Source: Mobula hypostoma (Eukaryota). From it: 64,000 nucleotides of DNA. Positions 63,209 to 64,000 of the stretch are shown here, piece after piece. The position numbers and the translations under genes are program-made. The stretch covers positions 97,218,001-97,282,000 of the forward strand of contig NC_086097.1 of NCBI RefSeq assembly GCF_963921235.1, read 5' to 3'. The stretch's first letter is position 1, and each line of letters starts with the position of its first letter. Under the pieces are notes generated by a model. That model saw only the letters and a program-made list of their open reading frames with translations, was not told where the DNA came from and did no database searches.

Positions 63209-64000
63209 TGTAACACCTGTGTAGCAGTTGTCTTATCTCATGTGACTGGTTGCCACACTCTTTATGAGAAAAATCAAATTACATAGTACGATACTAGGTG
63301 CTCATGGGCTCTAAGTATTGGAAGGAGGCAACGCATAGAAAACGCACACTTCTACAGGTAAGTTTTGTTTAAATAAAAAGCAAGATGTACATAATGTTTA
63401 CATGAGTAAGAACAATTCAAAATTCCAAATTCCCCTTGGGTTCCAAATCTCAGACATCAAACAAAAACCAAACTCCTTTTTAGTCAGAATCAGCGATATT
63501 CATTAGAATAACCTTTGTTACTCCAGTTTCTCTAACTAATTAGATCTAGTGTTCTCCCCTATTTAAAGGTTTACAGTCTAACCCTTTTTATATATCCCCA
63601 GTCAGAAAAACTATATAATTGAATTCCTATTCTTAAGTATTATGGTTAACTTCAGTTTCTGTTCAGGTCAGTATGTCTACAAATCCAAATTTAAAAATTA
63701 TATATCTATACAGCTGAACTCCTTTCACGACAATTCTCCAAAATCAGAACTTTAAAACAAAGTAAATCTCCTTCAGTAACACATCAAAATCTTTGCAGAA
63801 ATAATCAGTTCTTGCAGAAAATCAAATTCAGATCCTTCAACTGAAAATAAACATACATCCAACCGTATTAAATCTATCTACATCATTAAACATTTCATTC
63901 CCACGCTGTTTCTTCGACCTTGGGTGGCTCGCCATCTTGTTTCTCATTTTGTTGGATGAAATAGTGGATCATCCACCAAAAGTCGATTTACAATACTTAC
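63209..64000 (-). mobile_element. Probable LTR-element sequence with tRNA-Arg-like PBS, running off the window
   Basis: TGTAAC start interrupts the Penelope RT; minus strand TGGCGAGCCACCCAAGGTCGAA at 63913-63934. Confidence 0.45.

Overview
Eukaryotic, repeat-dense vertebrate DNA. The repeat repertoire (HE1-like V-SINEs, CR1, Rex-Babar, Penelope/Neptune) suggests a cartilaginous fish, probably a ray; this is an inference. The only host genes I can support are two intron-containing, diverged EEF1AKMT3/METTL21B-like lysine methyltransferase paralogs arranged tail-to-tail. Paralog A (+) has exons 5723-5834 and 11795-12246, with its first coding exon not found in the window. Paralog B (-) has exons 42436-42311, 38671-38560 and 34000-33600 (212 aa). 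Most of the rest is transposable-element debris: Penelope-like elements (RT + GIY-YIG) whose termini carry minimal type I hammerhead ribozyme motifs (six copies in different states of decay), two families of solo LTRs with clean TSDs, CR1, L2, Rex-Babar, L1/Tx1 and Nimb/I LINEs, a Tc1-like transposon, V-SINEs and (GT)n microsatellites. Most ORFs in the supplied track are TE fragments or antisense shadows. Exon, TSD and ribozyme coordinates were read by hand; boundaries of old TEs are approximate.
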